From contig OZ024749.1 in assembly GCA_964016885.1 (NCBI GenBank), positions 22,134,001 to 22,198,000 of the forward strand: DNA of 64,000 bases, given 5' to 3'. Position numbers and translations under genes: made by a program. The stretch comes from Eledone cirrhosa. Taxonomy: Eukaryota. Under the pieces are notes generated by a model. The model had not been told where the DNA came from, searched no databases, and worked only from the letters and a program-made list of their open reading frames with translations. Shown piece after piece: positions 59,138 to 64,000 of this stretch (position 1 is its first letter; each line of letters opens with the position of its first letter).

Positions 59138-61620
59138 TGTATTGTAGTGTAGTGTATTGTGTTGTAGTGCAGTGTATTGTAGTGTACTGTATTGTAGTGT
59201 AGTGTAGTGTATAGTAATGTACTGTATTGTAGTGTAGAGTCCTGTTGTGTATTGTATTGTATTGTATTGTATTGTATTGTATTGTAGTGTGTTGTTATGC
59301 AGTGTAGTGCAGTGTAGTGTACTGTTATGTAGTGTTGTAGAGTGTAGTGTATATTGTAGTGTAGTGTATTGTAGTATAGTGTATTGTAGTGTATTGTATT
59401 TTTATGTATTGTAGTGCAGTGTATTGCAGTGTATTGTAGTGTAGTGTATTGTTATGTATTGTATTGCAGTTTATTGTATTGTAGTGTATTGTATTGTAGT
59501 GTATTGTTATGTAGTATAGTGTAGTGTATTATAGTGTATTGTATTGCAGTTTATTGTAGTGTAGTGTATTGTAGTGTATTGCATTGTAGTTTATTGTAGT
59601 GTAGTGTATTGTAGTGTAGTGTATTGTAGTAGAGTGTATTGTAGTGTAGTGTATTATTATGTAGTGTAGTGCAGTGTATTGTAGTGTAGTGTATTGTAGT
59701 GTATTGTATTGTAGTTTATTGTAGTGTAGTGTATTGTAGTGTATTGTATTGTAGTTTATTGTAGTGTATTGTAGTGTATTGTATTGTAGTGTTGTGTAGT
59801 GTATTGTAATGTAGTGTATTGTAGTGGAGTGTATTGTATTGCAGTCTTGTGTAGTGTAGTGTAGTGTATTGTAGTTAGTGTATTGTATTGTAGTGTTGTG
59901 TATTTTAGTGTAGTATTGTAGTATAGTATAGTGCAATATAATGTAGTGTAGTGTAATGTAGTATAGTATTGTGCAATATAATGCAGTGTAGCGTAATGTG
60001 GTGTGGTGTTGTGAGTGGTGTAGTGTAATGTCGAATGTAATGATGTATAGTGTAGCGTTGTGTAGTGTATCGTAAAGTTAAGTGTTATATAATGCCACAT
60101 GTGGTGTAGTGTAATGTTTTCTACTCCACGTGACACATAAACGCCATTGTGATACAGATTACAGTGTTATATAGTGTAGTGTGGTTTAGTGTAGTGTGGT
60201 GTAGTGTAGTGTAGAGTAGGGTAGTGTGGTGTAGTGTGGTGTATATTAATATGTAGTGTAGTGAAATTGTTCCCACACTCCACGTCAAACACACAAACGT
60301 CATAGTGATAACGATTGCAGTGTTGTGTGGTGTAGTGGTTTAGTGTACTGTGATGTAGTGTAGTGTAGTGCAAATGTCCCCCACTTTACGTCACACACAC
60401 ATAAACGTCATAGTGATAACATTTGCGGTGTAGTGTAGTGTGGTGTAGTGTACTGAGGTGTAGTATAGTGTGGTGTAACGTAGTGTGGTGTAACGTAGTG
60501 GGGTGTAACGTAGTATGGTGTAACGTAGTGTGGTGTAACGTAGTGTGGTGTAAAGTAGTGTGGTGTAACGTAGTGTGGTTTAGAGTAGTATAGTGCAGTG
60601 TAGTGTGGTGTAGTCTGGTGTAGTATAGTGTGGTGTAGCGTGGGGTAGTATAGTATAGTGCAATGTAGTGTGGTTTAGGGAAGTATGGTGTAGTGTAGTG
60701 TAGTATAGTATAGTGTAGTGTGGTGTAGTGTAGTGTGGTGTAGTGTAGTATAGTATAGTGTGGTGTGGTGTAGTGTAGTGTAGTATAGTATAGTGTAGTG
60801 TGGTGTGGTGTGGTGTAGTGTAGTGTAGTATGGTATGGTGTAGCGTGGTGTGGTGAAGTGTAGTTTAATGAAGTGTGGTGTAGTGTGGTGTGGTTTAGTG
60901 AAGTGTTGTGTAGCGTGATATGGTGTGGTGTAGTATATTGTAGTGTAGTGTGGTGTATAGTAACTATGTTGAGTAGTGTAGTGTCCCCTACGCCACTGCA
61001 CTCATGTCATTATGATACAGATTGTAATGTAGTATAGTATGTAGTACTGTAATGTAGTATAGTATGTAGTACTGTAATGTAGTATAGTATGTAGTACTGT
61101 AATGTAGTATAGTATGTAGTACTGTAGTGTGGTGTAGTGTGGTTTATAGTACTATGTGGTGTATTGTAGTGTGGTGTGATGTAGTGTAGTTTAGTGTGGT
61201 ATATATTACTATATGGTGTAGTGTAGTGTTGTACTATGTGGTGTAGTGTGGTGTGATGTAGTGTAGTTTAGTGTGGTATATATTATTATATGGTGTAGTG
61301 TAGTGTTGTACTATGTGGTGTAGTGTGGTGTGATGTAGTGTAGTTTAGTGTGGTATATATTATTATATGGTGTAGTGTAGTGTTGTACTATGTGGTGTAG
61401 TGTGGTGTGATGTAGTGTAGTTTAGTGTGGTATATATTATTATATGGTGTAGTGTAGTGTTGTACTATGTGGTGTAGTGTGGTGTGATGTAGTGTAGTTT
61501 AGTGTGGTATATATTATTATATGGTGTAGTGTAGTGTTGTACTATGTGGTGTAGTGTAGTGTTGTATATAGTACTATATGGTGTAGGGTAGTCTCCCCCT
61601 CTCCACGCCTCACATACAAA
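59138..61620. repeat. (GTAGT/GTATT/GTGGT)n pentamer satellite with higher-order 29 bp and 59 bp units
   Basis: Pentamer runs; 29-mer repeats at about 61022-61125; 59-mer repeats at about 61150-61560. Confidence 0.9.
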
Positions 61621-61683
61621 CGATGAATTAGATGACAGCGTTATTCACAGATATTTTACAAACCTGCTTTAAATCTTAGATAT

Positions 61684-61747
61684 GTGTGTTTATGGTAGAT
61701 TCGTGTTGAAGTGAAATCACTTCAACACGAATCTACCATAAACACAC
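61684..61747. repeat. Perfect 31 bp-arm palindrome
   Basis: gtgtgtttatggtagattcgtgttgaagtga-aa-tcacttcaacacgaatctaccataaacacac. Confidence 0.95.
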
Positions 61748-62667
61748 GCACACACACACACACACACATACATACTGACACACATACACTTACAGACACA
61801 TACACACACATATACATACACACACACACACACACATACAGACACACATACAGACACACACACACATAGGCACACACAGACACACACACAGACATACACA
61901 CACAGAGGCACACACAAACATACATATACATACAGACACACACACAGACACACACAGACACACACAGACATACATATACATACATATACATACAGACATA
62001 CATACATACACAGAAGCACACACAGACATACATACACATATATACATATACATACACATATATACAGACCCATATATACAGACAGTAATACGTAGTCACA
62101 CACACATACGCACACACTCGGTCGTACATACACTATATATATATATGTATATATGTGCTTGTGTGTATGTATATACATATATATGTAAACATATATATAT
62201 GTGTATATATGTGTGTGTATGTATATATACATATGTATGTAAACATATATATATGTGTATATATGTGTGTGTATGTATATACATATATATGTATAAATAT
62301 ATATATAAATATATATATATTTAAATATATATATATATATAAATATACATATATATACATATATATATATACATATATATATATACATATATATATATAC
62401 ATGCATATATATATACATATATATATGTGTATATATACATACATATATATATGTATACATATATATATATGTATATATATATATATGTGTGTATATATGT
62501 ATATACACACGTGCATATATCAATTCGCCTAAATGCACTGACATGCGTAGACAATATATTTTGCAAACTCATACATCAAGTACGCACGCATGCACACCAC
62601 CACACATACCTGCACACGCATGAACCCAGACACATCAAATAAACACGCATGCGTACACAAACGATAC

Positions 62668-62783
<116 letters not shown>

Positions 62784-62889
62784 ATATATAAATATATATA
62801 TATATAGTATACATATATATATATATATAAGAATTTGTTGTACATATGTGTATATATGTACAGCAAATGTGTGTAAATATATATATATG

Positions 62890-62956
<67 letters not shown>

Positions 62957-63858
62957 TATGTACTATACACTATATATACATATAAATATATACATATATA
63001 CATATACATATATATATATATATTTTATATATTTGTTTATATATATATATGTGCGTCTTTGTATACTATGTATATATTTATATATATATGTTCATATAAA
63101 TATATATATAGTATACAAACACACATATATATACACATATATATATAGTATATAGTACATAGTATATCTATCTATATATATCTATCTCTCTCTCTATATA
63201 TATATATATACACACACGCACATTTGTTGTACATATATACATATATGTACAACGAATCCGAAAGAGACGATCATAACCACACATACATAGATTCCTATAC
63301 ACATACATTCCTACACACATACATACACACTTACACACACACACATAACATGGTTGAAAGCTCGGAAGGATTACTGTGATCGTTCACCGGAAGTGGCTGG
63401 CTTGCGTGACATAACCCATAATGCATTAGTTACTGGATTGCTTTGTAATCCATCTTGTAACAAGATAGTGCTGCAATCCATTTAGGCTTATCAGTAACGT
63501 TTCATTGGATAACACACGCACACACACACACACACATATACACATACATACACACTCATACACCCACATACATACACACACACGAACGCACACACACACA
63601 CACACGCACCCCACATACAGACACACACATGCGCATACAGACACACATGTTTACCGACACACACACACATAGACACACAAACACAGTTACACACACGCAC
63701 TCCCACATACAGACACACACGCATGCGCATACAGGCGCACACGCAAACACGCACATACACAGAGTCACATAAACATAGTCACACATAAACACAGACACAT
63801 ACAAACACACATGCACAGAGACACACGCACACATATATATACACAAAAAGGCACGCAC

Positions 63859-63890
<32 letters not shown>

Positions 63891-63960
63891 ATATATATGT
63901 ATATATATACATGCACCAATTACACAACTATACAAATATATGTCTAAATCTGCTGCTGCT

Positions 63961-64000
<40 letters not shown>

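Overview
This is animal nuclear DNA that is repeat-saturated and dominated by AT microsatellites. The SINEs and repeat landscape suggest an octopus or other cephalopod (inference). I can support no host protein-coding gene; nearly all listed ORFs are (TA)n, (GT)n or triplet-repeat artefacts. The real content is retroelements. There are Penelope-like elements (PLEs; RT plus C-terminal GIY-YIG) from about six families, a near-complete decayed L1/Tx1-type LINE, a CR1-group LINE 5' part, an RTE 3' stub and several tRNA-type SINEs. The main signal is not visible in the ORF track. By eye I find about 28 type I minimal hammerhead ribozyme (HHR) motifs from about 15 sequence families. They sit in PLE 3' ends and in several non-coding 320-770 bp units that resemble retrozymes or non-autonomous PLEs. 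Many occur as partial-tandem plus head-to-head fold-back insertions inside (TA)n. Two families carry a U3-A8 compensated core. One fold-back junction (8141) begins exactly at the predicted ribozyme cleavage site of its parent family. All motifs and pairings were read manually; no folding, alignment or database search was run.
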